The notes beneath the pieces were generated by a model, which saw only the letters and a list, made by a program, of their open reading frames with translations, was not told where the DNA came from and searched no databases. From Felis catus (taxonomy: Eukaryota): a DNA stretch of 64,000 nucleotides. A program made the position numbers and the translations under genes. The stretch covers positions 102,302,001 to 102,366,000 of the forward strand of contig NC_058373.1 of NCBI RefSeq assembly GCF_018350175.1, written 5' to 3'. How positions within the stretch are numbered: the stretch's first letter is position 1; each line of letters opens with the position of its first letter. Below, one piece after another: positions 36,140-49,700 of the stretch.

Positions 36140-39100
36140 TCACCTTTTAGACAACCACTCTGATTTCTAACATCATAACATGTACATAACATAACATGTG
36201 CCTTCTTCCCCACATTTTTAAGATCCATCCCTACTGTTGTGTGAATCAGCATTTAGTTGTTTTTATTGCTAAAAAGTATTTCATTGTATACAATCAAGTC
36301 TTGTACAACATGAGTTTGAACTGCGTGGGTCCACTTATATATAGATTTTTTATTTATTAAATATGGTACAGTGCTGTAAATGTATTTTCTCTTCCTTCCA
36401 TAACATTTCATTTTCTCTAGCTTACTTTTTTGTAAGAATATAGTACATAATACCTATACAAAAGATGTTAGGGGCGCCTGGGTGGCTCAGTCAGTTGAGC
36501 CTGGGACTCGGGTCATGTGATTTTGGCTCGGATCATGATCCCAGGGTCATGTGATTGAGCCTTGTGTGGGGCTCCATGCTGAGTATGAAGCCTGCTTATG
36601 ATTCTCTCTCTCCCCCTCTGCCCCTCTCCCCTGATCACTCACTCTTGCTCTAAAAAATCCACAACATATATGTGTATATATACACATGTATATGTATAGA
36701 CATGTATATATATATGTATATATATATATACATGTATATAATAAAAGATGTTAAATCAACTGTTTATGTTATTGGTAAGCATCAGCAGTAAGCAATTAGT
36801 AAAGTTTTGTGAGAGTTAGAAGTTATACTTGGATTTTCTGCTGTGAGGGGGTTGGCACCCCCAACTCTCTGTAGTTCAAGGATCAACTGTACTTTGTTTA
36901 TCCATTCAACGGCTGATGGACATTTGGATTTTTTTCCAGTTTTTATTAATTATGAATAAAGTTGCTATAAACATTCTTAAAATTAACAAGCAGTTTTCCA
37001 AAGTGGTTGGATCGTTTTACACTCCCACTAGTGATGTATAAAATTCCAGTTATTCCACATGCTTGCTAGCATTTGGAGTGATCACTGTTTAATTTTAATC
37101 CCTCTAGTGGTTGTGAAATGGTATTTAGTCTTAATTTTGTAGTTCCCCAATGTCTAATAATGAGCGTCTTTTCATGTGCTTATTGACTATTTTTAGATCT
37201 TGTGAAATGACTTTTGCCTATATTTTTTAAATTGGGGGTTATCTTTTTAAATTTGGTTGTCTTTTTTTTTTTAATTTTTTTTTAACGTTTATTTATTTTT
37301 GAGACAGAGACAGAGCATGAACGGGGGAGGGTCAGAGAGAGAGGGAGACACAGAATCTGAAACAGGCTCCAGGCTCTGAGCGGTCAGCACAGAGCCCGAC
37401 GTGGGGCTCGACCTCACGGACCACGAGATCATGACCTGAGCCGAAGTCGGATGCTTAACCAACTGAGCCACCCAGGCGCCCCAAATTTGGTTGTCTTTTA
37501 AGTATTCATTTGTAGGACTTCTATCTCTTCTGGATACAAGTCCTTTGTTATATATATGTATTTTGGGTATATTCTTCTAGGCTGTTGGTTGACTTTTTTT
37601 TTTTTTTAACGTTTATTTATTTTTGAGACAGAGAGAGACAAAGCATGAACCGGGGAGGGTCAGAGAGAGGGAGACACAGAATCCGAAACAGGCTCCAGGC
37701 TCTGAGCTGTTGCACAGAGCCCGATGCGGGGCTCGAACTCACGGACCGCGAGATCATGACCTGAGCCGAAGTCGGCCGCTCAACCGACTGAGCCACCCAG
37801 GTGCCCCAGTTGACTTTTTAAAAATAGTAAACTTTTAGAATAATTTTAGATTAACAGAAAAATTACAAAAATAGTAGAGTGAGTTACCATATGCCCCCGC
37901 ATCCATTTCTCCCTGTTACATTAGTATGGTACATTTGTTACAATTAATGCAGTGATAATGATACATTATTATTAACTGAAGTACATACTTTATTCTTTGG
38001 TTTTATCCACTGATCATTTTCTGCTCCAGGATACCACATTGCATTTAGTCATCAAAAGTTGCATTATACTCCTTGGACTATAACAGTTTCTCAGAACTTT
38101 CTTCTAAACTTGACAATTGTGAGGCGTATTAATAAGGTATTTTGTAGAATGTCCCTCAACTGGAATTTGTCTGATGTTTTCCCCATAATTAGACTGGGGT
38201 TATGGGTTCTTGGGAGGAAGACCATAGAGGTGAAGTGATATTGTCATTATATCACATCAAGAGTACATAATATCAACATGATTTATTGCTGCTAATGTTA
38301 AGCTTAATCACTTGGTTGAGGTAGTATTTGTCAGGATTCGCCAGTATAAAATTACTATTTCCCCCTTTTCCAGATTGTTCCCTTTGGAAGGAAGTAACTA
38401 TGGGCAGCCCACACTTAAGAAGAAGTGGGAAGTTATGTTTCATCTTATTCAGGATGGTTTACATGGGAGCTTTGTCTCTTCTCCATTATTTATTTATTCA
38501 ATCATTTATATCAGGATTCATGGATATTTATTTTATACTTTAGATCATACATTAATACTACTTTATTTTTTTGCTCAATTTGTTCTAACTTTGGCCGTTG
38601 GTAGCCCTTTCAGTTTGTTCCTCTGTCATTTTCACAATCTCCATGATTGGGAGTTTATGTTGTTGTTGTTTATTTGTTTATTTTTGTCTATTTATTTTGG
38701 TACTTACTTTCTGGCTCTATAAGACGCTCTGGACATACATTGTATTTTCCCTGACCCACTACTAGGACCAGCCATTTCTCTAAAGAACCCTGGTTCCTTT
38801 TATTGGACAATGGTACCAGAAACCAAGATCTGGATATTAGGTGTGCTCCTTGCTACTGGAGAGTCTCTCAGCTGACAGAGTGAAGAAATATACCTGTTTC
38901 TATACTAAGATATGTATATACATATCTATAAATATTTCTGTATGTAACCATCTGTATCTATATTAAATTAATCCTGGGTTCATGCTGACATCTCCACTAT
39001 AATCCATTACCACATGGATCATTCTAGCATCCTCCCATTGCTTATCTGTAACCTCCCAATCCAAGAACAGAAAACTTAACTCTATTGGTTACTTTTTCAT

Positions 39101-39320
39101 TTTATTCATAGCATCATTGGTGAGTAGAACGTTTTAAATTTGATGACGTCTAATTTGTGATTTTTTTTCTTTTATTTTCAGTGCTTTGTTTCTTTAAGAA
39201 ATACTTGCCTACCACAAGGTCATGAAGTTATTCTCCTGTGTTTTCTTCCAGAAATTTGGTAGTTTTAGCTTTTATGTTTAGGTCTGTGATCTCCCTAGAA
39301 TTAATTTTTGTGTGATGTCT
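36140..39320 (-). mobile_element. Old antisense L1 3' fragments interrupted by a Tigger MITE, CAN-SINEs (37262-37482, 37594-37807) and a second L1 3' UTR
   Basis: TTTTCCAAAGTGGTTG...TTTTACACTCCCAC, CTTTTCATGTGCTTATTG and TTCTGGATACAAGTCCTTTG motifs. Confidence 0.7.
36291..36889 (+). mobile_element. Tigger2-family MITE with an internal CAN-SINE (~36471-36660) and (TA)n
   Basis: Ends resemble CAGTTGACCCTTGAACAAC...GTTTGAACTGCGTGGGTCCACTTAT and ...GTTCAAGGATCAACTG. TA on both flanks. Confidence 0.8.
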
Positions 39321-40479
39321 CCAATTTTTTTCTCACCTTTCTCACTGGTCCAGCATCACATATAAATGAGACGTGTAAGTGTGGCTGTTAGTGAGAAGAG
39401 TTCCCTCTGCAAACCCTCAAGTAATTTTCTGAGTTAACTAAAACTGTAGTACTTTGGTGCATTAAGAAATATATAACAAAACATAACATACAGGAAGGAC
39501 ACAACATTGCATGTGCAATCTGTTTAGCAACAAGGCTGAAATTGGCAATCTTAGTGAAAATAATTTCAGCTGAAAAACTGTGGCAGGAAACCATACTGGA
39601 ATGCGTTGAAGCTTCACTGGGAATTACTGAAACACAGGCAGAGAGTATAAGTGACAAATCAGCTTTTAGTGATGAAAGGACTTTGAAGATTAATGACTTG
39701 TGTTAGATCCCACAGCTAATTAAGTAGCAGAGTCAGAAAATATGGCTTATTTCAATGTTGATTTGAGAATGGAAAAGCACATAGGCTTTGGACTCAAATA
39801 GATGGGGTTTAAAATTGCAGCTTCACATTGGTCAAGTTCTCTGACTCTCCATTTCCTTATCTACCTCTTAGGAATGTTGGGAAGATTAAATAAAATAATT
39901 AGTTCCAGTTCTGCTTCCTACCAAGATGCTGACAAAGCAAAATTGCTGGCTTTCTCCTCCAAGATCAACCTCAAAGGAGCCACAGAGGAGGAAAATATGC
40001 CAAGGTACCTAGTAAACACCAAATACCAAGGAAATAGAAATTTGGGGGGCAATGTGGATCTTCTGAACTGGTGTTTATGAGAAGATGGATATAGCTTGGG
40101 GCAGAAGGCAGTGGAGGATAAAGTAGGAAATTATTAGAGTTTGGCTTCACTTCTCCTCTGCCATGCTCTTGGGACAAAATGAGCCTGCTCTTATATAGCA
40201 GCAAATAAGATCTCTTGGAGATACCTAGAGAAAAATAAAAATAGATATTTGAAAGTGAGAAAATACATTAGAAATATTTGTTGCTGTTTAAAAACTGCTA
40301 AGAAGAAAAGAAAGGGAACATATATTCACAATAACCTAGGATGAAAGTCTCTAGATAATATCAAGATATGGAAGATGAGAGTAAAGAGAAAACAGGGATA
40401 AGAGGCTGTACTTAAATTCTCATCTAATAAGGGGCTTTTACATATGGTACTTTTGAAAAAGTAGGACACAGAAAATGGG

Positions 40480-41334
40480 ATAAACTGAAATTACAAATTA
40501 AAATGATAGAAAAAGTTATAAATATATCAAAAATTACAGTAAGTATAAATGGAATAAACTCACCAGTCAGAAGATAGATTGGATTTTAAAGATCCAAATA
40601 CGTGCTGTTTGTAAGATATATACCCAAAGCACATGGATATAGAGTGAAAAATAAAGGAATGGTATATATTATGTCAGGCAAATATTAACCAAAAAGAAAG
40701 CTGATGAACTGTTAGGGATGGATACAGTCACAGTGTCATGACAAAAGGTTCTGTTCGCCAAGGTAGAGCAATTTGAAACACGTATACATCTGATAAAATA
40801 GATTCACAATGGATGAAGTAAAAGTTTATAGAACTACAAAAAAAAACCTGATAAATCCACTTTATTGTAAGTGATTCAACACACCTCTGTCATTATTGAT
40901 AGACCAAACAGACAAAATATTAGCAAGGATATATGGAAGATCTGATCAAAATAATTCACAAACTTGACCAAATGAACAAGGAACAATCAGAGAATACGTA
41001 TTTGTCTCAAGTACACATGGAACAGTTACAAATGATCACATACTAGGCCATGAAGAAAACTTCAACAAACTTCAAAGAATAGATATCCTATAAAGTTAGA
41101 GCAAAAAGTAAACTAAAAAATTCCTGTTAAATAACTTGTTTTGGGGCACCTGACTGGCTCAGTCCATACAGCATGCAACTCTTGATTTCGGGGTTGTAAG
41201 TTTGAACCCCATATTGGGTGTAGAGGTTACTTAAAAATAGAATCTTTAGGGGCACTTGGGTGACTCAGTCAGTTGAGCATCCAACTTGGTTTCCACTCAG
41301 GTGGTGTGCGAATAGTATGGAGCCTACTTGGGAT

Positions 41335-41371
<37 letters not shown>

Positions 41372-42190
41372 GCCCCTCACTTACTCTCTCTCTTTTTCAA
41401 AATAAATAAATAAACTTAAAAAAATAAAATATTAAAAAATAACCCTTGGTTTAAGAAGAACTTATGATGGAAATTTAGAAATGCCTAAAACTAAATGGTA
41501 ATGAAAACAATTCAATCAAAATTTGTAGAAGAAAGAAAAATGGGTGCTTTGAGAGAAATTTTGAGCCTTACATGCTTAGGGTAGAAAAAAAGAAAATCTC
41601 AAAATTAATAAGCTATGTGTTCCTCTTAGGAAACTAGAAAGAAAACAACAAAGCCAAAGAAAATAGAAGGAAGCAGGGGCATCTGGCCAGCTCAGAGAAA
41701 CATGAGACTCTTGGTCTTGAGGTCATGAGTTTGAGCCCTATGTTGGTTGTAGAGGTTACTAAAGGAAAATAAATAAACTTAAAAGGAAAAGAGAAAATAT
41801 GGGGCACCTGGGTGGCTCAGTCAGTTAAATGTCCGGCTTTGGCTCAGGTCATGATCTTTCAGTCCGTGAGTTTGAGCTTCACGTTGGGCTCTGAGCTGAC
41901 AGCTTAGAGCCTGGAGCCTCCTTTGGATTCTGTATCTCTTTCTCTCTCTGCCCCTCCCTACTTACTCTCTCTCTCTTTCAAAAGTAAATAAACATTAAAA
42001 AAGAAAATAGAAATAATGAAAGAAAAAGTGAAAGCAATGAAAAAGAAGGCAAAGTTACAATAAGAAAATCAACACCATTAAAAAAAATCAACATAGTTAA
42101 AACTTGATTCTTTGTAAAAATTAGCATAGATAAAAATAAGATTGATTTAAAAAAGACACACAAATAATGTCATGAATGAGAATATACAAA
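40480..42190 (+). mobile_element. Decayed L1 ORF2 endonuclease region with four inserted SINEs
   Basis: AAATGGAATAAACTCACCAGTCAGAAGA, GATTCAACACACCTCTGTCA and CAAGTACACATGGAACA motifs. Confidence 0.75.
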
Positions 42191-44724
42191 AGGGACTATA
42201 CCAGTTATCTACTGCTGTGTAACAAATTATCCGAAAGTTTGTATCATAAAACAATATCCATTTTATTTGCTCTTGAGTCAGTGGTTCAGGAATTTGGACA
42301 AATATCAGTGGGACAGTTCACCTCTGCTTCATGTCTGTGGTTTCAGTTATATTTCTTAAATGTTTTCCATTGCACAGAGGTAAGGGTAGAGAAGTATGGG
42401 TGGTATCTCCAGTGGTCTGAGGAAGCAGCCCAGAGTGGTGTATCACATTCTAAAGTTAGTCAAACTCCCATGGTTTTCCTTAAAAGTCATCTTGAAGCAT
42501 TTTTCTTCATAAAATGTGAAGTCCATACGGAATTTATTTTAATATTAAAGTGGTGTGTTACTCTTGAAATTTTCAGCAAATGTAGATACCCCAGGAGGAA
42601 GCCCCATAATTTTCCTGTGATTAGGTGGATGAGATGTTTATCTTTGGGCAAATGATACCTGAACCTTCGTGGTTCTGAACCTTCGTTTTCCCATATACAA
42701 ATCATGGGAGTATTAATGTCTCTCTACATACACACTGGACAGAGTTGTGTTGAAAGTGAAATGGAAATAATGCATGTGAGAGGTGCCTGGGTGGCTCAGT
42801 CAGTTGGGTATCTGACTCTCAATCTCAGCTCAGGTCTTGATCTCAGGGTCATGGAGTCAAGTCCACACTGGGCCCTGTGTTGGGCATGGAACCTACTTAA
42901 AAAAAAAAATGTATGTGAAAATGTTCTGAAAACTCTAAAGTTCTATATAGATAAAACCTGCTTTTGTTGTGAAAGTATTTTTAATTGGCAAAAAAAAAAA
43001 GAAAGTGATGTTTATAAAATTACAATCTATTTACTCTATATTCACAAAATGAGTAGTAGGCTCTTCTGATACAGTGTCTTTGGGAGATCTATGTTTTTTA
43101 AGAGTGGGGCACCTGGGTGGCTCAGTCAGTTAAGCATCCGACTTCAGCTCAGGTCATGATCTCGTGGTCCATGGGTTCAAGCCCCACGTTGGTCTCTGTG
43201 TTGACAGCTCAGAGCTTGAAGCCTGCTTGGGATTCTGTGTCTCCCTCTCTCTGCCCCTTCCCCACTCACGCTGTCTCTGTCTGTCTCTCAAAAATGATTT
43301 AATGTTAAAAAAAATTAAGAGTGATTGAGAGTAATTATTCCTTTTAATAAATTCGTAAACCATGCTAGTAGTTTCAACAAATGAGATAGGGATAGAAGGG
43401 AATAGAACATCTGGAACAAAATGAGTTGTTGGATTTATGTGAAATTTTATTTATCTGTGTTCTATTTAAGCATTTCTAGGTTAAACTGCATAAATTGGCA
43501 AAGATTTCTCAGTTGGTTGAGATTTTTACCATCAGAGGGACACCATCTTCCCAGTTAAAGAAATATTTTTAAGTTAATAAGTACAAGTCTGCAAATTATT
43601 GTTCTTTCTATAAACTTTAACTGTGTAACATTTATGATACATTCTAAATTAAAATAATGATGACCTAAAATCAGAATGATATCTCAGTATTAAAAATTAA
43701 TGAGTCAGCAGTTTTTGTAATTTCAGAAATCCTGAAATAAAAAACTGTCAAGAAAAAGGCTTTAGAAAAGAGGTCATGGTGTCACTTAAAAATATATCAA
43801 AATTCCAAAATTAAAATAAATTAAAATAAAATAAAAAATATGTCAAAATTCCATTACTATATATTTTAGGGTAAATGAATACACATATGCAGAAGAAAGA
43901 ATTTTATAAATAAATTGGTGATTTTCTTCTATGTGGCAGGAAATCATGCCAAGATCATATTGATAACAATGAATTCAGGTGTGTAAATGGGGAATTACTT
44001 TTACATAGCTGATGACACTGTAAATTAATATAATCTTTTTAGAAAGTACTTGGACAGTATATGCTAAGAACCATAAAAACTTCAGAGCCTTTTGACCCCA
44101 AAATGCCATATCTGATGATTTATCACAACATCATATGCTTAAAGATGTTCATCAGTTTCCAGACAATGAAAAACTGTAAGCAATTTAAATGTCAACAATG
44201 GGAGAATGGTTTAGTAAACAGTCTAATATGTTTGATGGCATAACATGCAATCACTAAAAACATAACTATGAAAGCCAAACATCATAGAAAAATGCATGTG
44301 ACGTAGCGTTAGTGTTAATGAAATGTACAATGCTTGTTCACTGTTGAAAAACTGGACAGGAATATAGCAAAATTATGGCCATGTTAAAGAGGAGATGGAG
44401 AAGATTTTTTTCTTTCCTCTTTTCTTCAAAATGTTTAATAGCAAGATGCTGTTTCTTTACAATTACAAATGTGTTAAATTATTTTCACAATGTCAATCTT
44501 AAGAAAGATCAGAGACTATAAGTTTTAGACATGTTCAGTGGTTATTTGGAGGTTTGGAGAAGATAAGATCTCAATGTGTTGATATAGTTTGGAAAGTGGA
44601 GCATTTGTTCCTCCACTCCACTTGCATACTATTTTTAATACCCTAAAAGGGTATTGATCAAATGGTAAAGAGTTGCAGTGTAGGAGTATTGATCAAGTGG
44701 TAAAGAGTGGTAGTGTAGGAGTCC

Positions 44725-44915
44725 TGACAGCACTGACTCCGTCTTTGGCCCTCCATCTTGTCCATGCCCTGACATGACCTCCCTCAGGCCTTTGTGTTCC
44801 AGGTCCCTGGGGGTTAATGTAAGCCCTGACCGCAAGGCCGGAAGCCTTGTTCTGATCTTCCCTAAACTGGCACACAAAAGGTGCCACTTTAGGTAACTAT
44901 CCTGTGACCTTACCA
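44725..44915 (+). repeat. ~190-bp LTR-like interspersed repeat, copy 2
   Basis: TGACAGCACTGACTCCGTCTTTGGCCCTCCATCTTG...TTACCA, homologous to 10404-10609. Confidence 0.75.
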
Positions 44916-45267
44916 CCGTGCCCTTCCCTCTATAAACGCTGGGGATTAAGGTCAGGACTGGACAGAGAATAACTGAGTGGAGCTTGGATCATTTGTCCAC
45001 TGGATTCCACCTCACCCCCATTCCAACCCCCGTCTCTAAGTTACCCTGGATGAAAGTCTAAACTGGATGGAATGGCTTGCATCATTTTTCAGTCTCAAAG
45101 TAACTTCCTGGAGACTGGAGGATACTTCCTGGAGTTTGGAGGATATTTTACTGTCCCTGCTCCACCTTCTAACAGGGAGGATGGTGGGGAGGAGCTCAAC
45201 AACCCACAATTAACCAAATTGTAGCATTAATTTATATTTATTTACCTTAAAAAAATTGGTTATAGAT

Positions 45268-46870
45268 GGGGCACCTGGGTGGCTCAGTCAGTTAAGCATC
45301 CAACTTCGGCTCAGCTCATGATCTCATGGTTCGTGAGTTCAAGCCCCATGTCAGGCTCTATGCGGACAGCTCAGAGCCTGAAGCCTGTTTCAGATTCTGT
45401 GTCTCCCTCTCTCTCTGCCCTCCCCTGTTCATACTCTTTCTCTCTCTCTCTCAAAAATAAACATTAAAAAAATTTTTTTAAATAAACATTAAAAAGTCAG
45501 GTATAGAACCCACCAAATTTAGATAATTGGTTATCTTGTAAGTCTTCTTGTAAAATTTAATTCAACATTCATTGAGCTAAATACTAAGTACTGTACTTAA
45601 GCATTGTGCACAACATAAATGAGTAAGATACAGTTCTTGCCTTCAAATAGTTCTTCCAGTGGTGAAGAACTTGTAAACACCTTGTAACAAATCCAGAGGA
45701 ACTATGGTGATCCCATGCAGCATTAATCAAGTTTTTTAGCTAAGCAATCACTTAATCAGCTAAACATCAACTGCTTAGTGAGTGTTGCTGCTAATGAATA
45801 AACTAAACTTAGTGAGATTTGAATGCACACCAATAACCTTTGAACATTGTGCTATTCTGAGTATTTTATATTTTTTAATGTCTTTTTATTTATTTTGAGA
45901 GAGAAAGAGTACATGTGTACTAGCAGTGGAGGGGCAGAGAGAGAGGGAGAGAAAATCCCAAGCAGGCTCCACGCTGGGGCTCCATCCCAAGAACCTTGAG
46001 ACTATGAACTGAGCCAAAGTCAAGAGTCGGTCACTTAACCGATTGAGCCACCGAGGCATCCCTATTATCAGTCCTTTAAATCAGAGTAGTTCTTAGGGGT
46101 GTCTGGGTGGCACAGTCAGTTGAGTAGTTGAGCCTCCAACTTTGGCTCAGGTCATGATCTCATGGTTCGTGAGTTCAAGCCCCGCACTGAGCTCATTGCT
46201 GTCAATGCCAAGCCTGCTTCAGATCTTCTGTCCCCCTCTCTCTCTGCTCCTCCCTCGCTTGTATTCTCTCAAAAATATATAAAATGTTAAAAAAAATCAT
46301 GGTTAGGGGCTCCTGGGTGGCTCAGTCAGTTAAGCATCTGACTTCAGCTCAGGTCATGATATCACGGTTCGTGAGTTCAAGCCCCACGTCGGGCTCTGTG
46401 CTGACAGCTCAGAGCCTAGAGCCTGCTTCGGATTCTGTGTCTCCCTCTCTCTCTGCCCCTCCCCTGCTCAGTCTCTCTCCTTTAAAAATAAATAAACGTT
46501 AAAAAATTGTAAAATCATAGTTCTTTCATATTTTATAATAAACATTTTTTTTTTTTTTAATGAGTACAGTCTCAATTGGATACTGGTGAACTGTCCTCCA
46601 TAAAAATCTCAGAACCATTCTTCCAAGAAGAAGATTTTGCTGCTCCATGGAGCAATAGCTTTATCAATGAGGCCTTTAAAGATATTTACATTATGGGGTG
46701 CCTAGGTGGCTCAGCCAGGTAAGCAACCGACTGTTGGTTTCAGTTCAGGTCACGATCCCATGGTTCATAGGTTCAAGCTCCACATCGGATTCTGCACTTC
46801 CAGTGGGGGATTCTCTTTCTCTCTTTCAAAATAAATAAATAAATAAACTTAAAAAAATAAAATCTTTAAA
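45268..46870. mobile_element. CAN-SINE cluster (45268+, 45870-46061 -, 46096+, 46306+, 46695+)
   Basis: CAN-SINE consensus motifs. Confidence 0.85.
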
Positions 46871-48450
46871 AGAATTTACATTAAAAAAAGAAAGATGGGA
46901 AAGTACTATCAAAGTAATGAAAATTTTTCAAAAGCAGAATCCAGAACTATAGAGTTTTAATCCAGTTTTGGAAAATAAAATATCTATATTTAATTATAAC
47001 GATTGCTCTTGGTTAATAAGCTCTTTCTATGCTGCAGTCACTGTTTTGAAAGTGCTTTACCCATTTAATCCTCACAAGAACCTTATGAGGTAGCTAGGGT
47101 TAGGAAACTGAGAAACAGAGGAGTAAATCATTTGCCTTGAAGTAACCTCCCCCAGGTCACACAGAGAAAGTGGACAAAGAAAAAGTATTTGAAGGAAATG
47201 CCAGAATTCTAGATCCAGAGGTAATTTTCATTTTCTTCTTTGCTTACATATTTTCCTAATTTTTCTGCAATGAGCCTAAATCAGTTTGTAATATAAAATT
47301 GTTTAAAAATAAGATATTCAAGTTTTACAGTCAATAAAATTGCTCAATAAAATAGTAAATGGAGTGCTGCAAGCCAATGTATTTCAGTGAACATGCAAAG
47401 AGCATTTGTATTGACTATTTGATAGTTTCTTATAGTTTAAATGGGAACATGAAATGATGTCAGAATATTCCTTTCAGTGACCTTAAAATCCTTAGGCTTG
47501 CATTTGGAGCCCATTTCACACGCACCCCCCCCCCCCCACACACACACCATGGAACACATGCTATATAAAATGTAACTTTACACAAAACTTCTTCAGGGTA
47601 AATCTAATACATTTTAATATGATCCTGACCTAAAACAGAGCACTGCAGGGTCAGCAGTCTGCTACTGTAACTGGTTTTTCACTCCAAGTCCCCACTTTAA
47701 AGCTACCCTACTGGTCCATCTTAAAGGGATAGCCCTTCTTAATGTCTTGACTACTTGACTACAAATTTGAATCCACACCTCTCTGACTTCAGTGTTTATG
47801 CTCTTTCTAGAATACCATGCTATCTGTCAAAAAGATCATACCAATGCTTTTCGTTGGCTTCTCGTATTCTGAAAATTAAAGATGTTCGTGCAATATTGAA
47901 GTAAATGTCAGGGTACACCTTAGAAAACATGCCAATTGAAATGATTTACCAATGATTCATATTTAGTGAAAGATAGAACTGAGACATGAATGTGGGTCTA
48001 CTTTTCCCCCTGTTAAGTCATCATGAGTTACAAACATGCCTGATCTCTGAGGCCTTATCCTAACAGACTGAGGTAGACAGGAAGGCTGCCCCTAATCTGG
48101 CAAAAGTCTTTAATGCTGACTCAGGGTACTTCTAATTATTTCTATCCCAGGGAACCTGAAGTGTATCTTATTGTAATGGTATCCAATTTCAGGAAGAGCT
48201 TTGAAAAACTTCTTCATAATTCCTTTATGCTATTAGTGATATACTTGGAAGTAGGAGAGAATGCTTGTGGTTCACAATGATGAAGGAGTCCCTGCTAAGG
48301 GGAGAAAACAGGGCTGATCAGCAGCCCTGAGCTTCATTTTAAGGTGGCTAAGCCTGCCCTGCCGCTGAAGAGAAAAACTGGAATCTAAGAAAATAAGAGT
48401 TAATTTAGTGTGGCAGAGAATTTGTGGTTTCCAAAAAAAGGAGGGAGTAG

Positions 48451-49117
48451 TGTGGGGTCTCCCGATTGGGTGGGGACCACCAAATGTGGGATGACTCGAT
48501 GTAGTGGAGGCTGGTGGCAAGGGCAGCGAAAGAATTTACAGAAGGCAGAACAAAGGAGTTAGAAGTTTATTGAACACACTGCAAGGGAGCAGCAGGCAGG
48601 ACAACAAAGCAGAGACTGTCTGCCAAGAGGCAGTGTGTGTGAGGGGGAGCTGTAGTTAAAAGAGGCAGGTGAGATGGGGTGCCAGGGTGGCACAGTCGGT
48701 TAAGCAGTGGACTCTAGGCTTAGGTCGCGATCTCACAGTGAGCTTGAGCCCCGCATCAGGCTCTGCGCTGATGGTGTGGAGCCTGCTTAGGATCCTGTCT
48801 CTCATTCTCTTCTGCCCCTTCCCTGTTTGTGCTCGTGCACATGCACGCGCTCGCTCTCTCTCTCTCTCAAAATAAATAAACATTAAACATTTTTAAAATA
48901 AAAAGAGGAAGGTAAGGAAGTATGGGAACGTACGGAATTCTCCTTTTTTGGTAACGGTGTCCGTGTAAGTAACCCATTGGTCAGCTAGGGCTTATGGCTA
49001 TTTTGAGGTGGGTCACCTAATGGGCCTGTTGGCATTCAGCCGGGTGGTCACTGTGGGCCCTTCTACCTTAGTCAGGTTTCCATTGCTCAAGTTGGTTGCC
49101 TACAAGTGGCCTCTAGA
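48451..49117 (-). mobile_element. ERV solo LTR with an inserted CAN-SINE (~48676-48900)
   Basis: Minus strand T(C)TAGAGGCC...CCAAT...AATAAA...CCCCACA. Flanks agtag/aatag are an imperfect 5-bp TSD. Confidence 0.75.
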
Positions 49118-49224
49118 AATAGGGAGAAAAAAGAGCTAAGGATAATTTTGAACCTGTAAAATTTGCTTTTGTTAGTTACTGTCAAGAGCATGGTAATGAG
49201 AAATCTTATTCTCTAAAATCCTAG

Positions 49225-49700
49225 ACCTGAGCTGTCCAAAGTGGTTGCCACCAGCCACATGCAGCTTTTGCACACCTGAACTGGTAACTGGGGTGACTAA
49301 GAAATGAATTTTTAATTTTACTTAATCTCGAGTAGTTTAAATTTAAATTTGCGAATTCATACTTCATCCAATTATCACAAAGCTGTTAGATATGTTTGTA
49401 ACAACTTGGGTATGTGGATATGCTTTCCAACTATAAGTTTTATGGCATCTAAATACAGATCAAGCTTTCCAATGAAAATCTAAAGTCCAAATTGAGAGCT
49501 GCTATCCTGGACTCAAGAGATGAGGTACAAAAAAGTAAAATATCTAATATTCTGTGTTGAAATATTTCAGATAAATTGTGGATATATTGAGTTAAAACCT
49601 ATTACTAACATTAATTTCACGTGTTTCTTTTTTAATGTGGCTATTAGAAAATTTTAAATTGCATGTGTGACTTGCATTACATTTCTATTTGAAGATGCTG
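49225..49700 (+). mobile_element. hAT-Charlie (MER3/MER33-like) element
   Basis: GCTGTCCAA...GCCACCAGCCACATG and AATGTGGCTATTAGAAAATTTTAAATT...GCATTACATTTCTATT. Confidence 0.75.

Noticed and set aside
42176..42655. Longest ORF in the track (159 aa)
   Set aside because: It begins in L1-derived and other repeat-like sequence, has no recognisable domain and no splice support, so it is likely a chance ORF.
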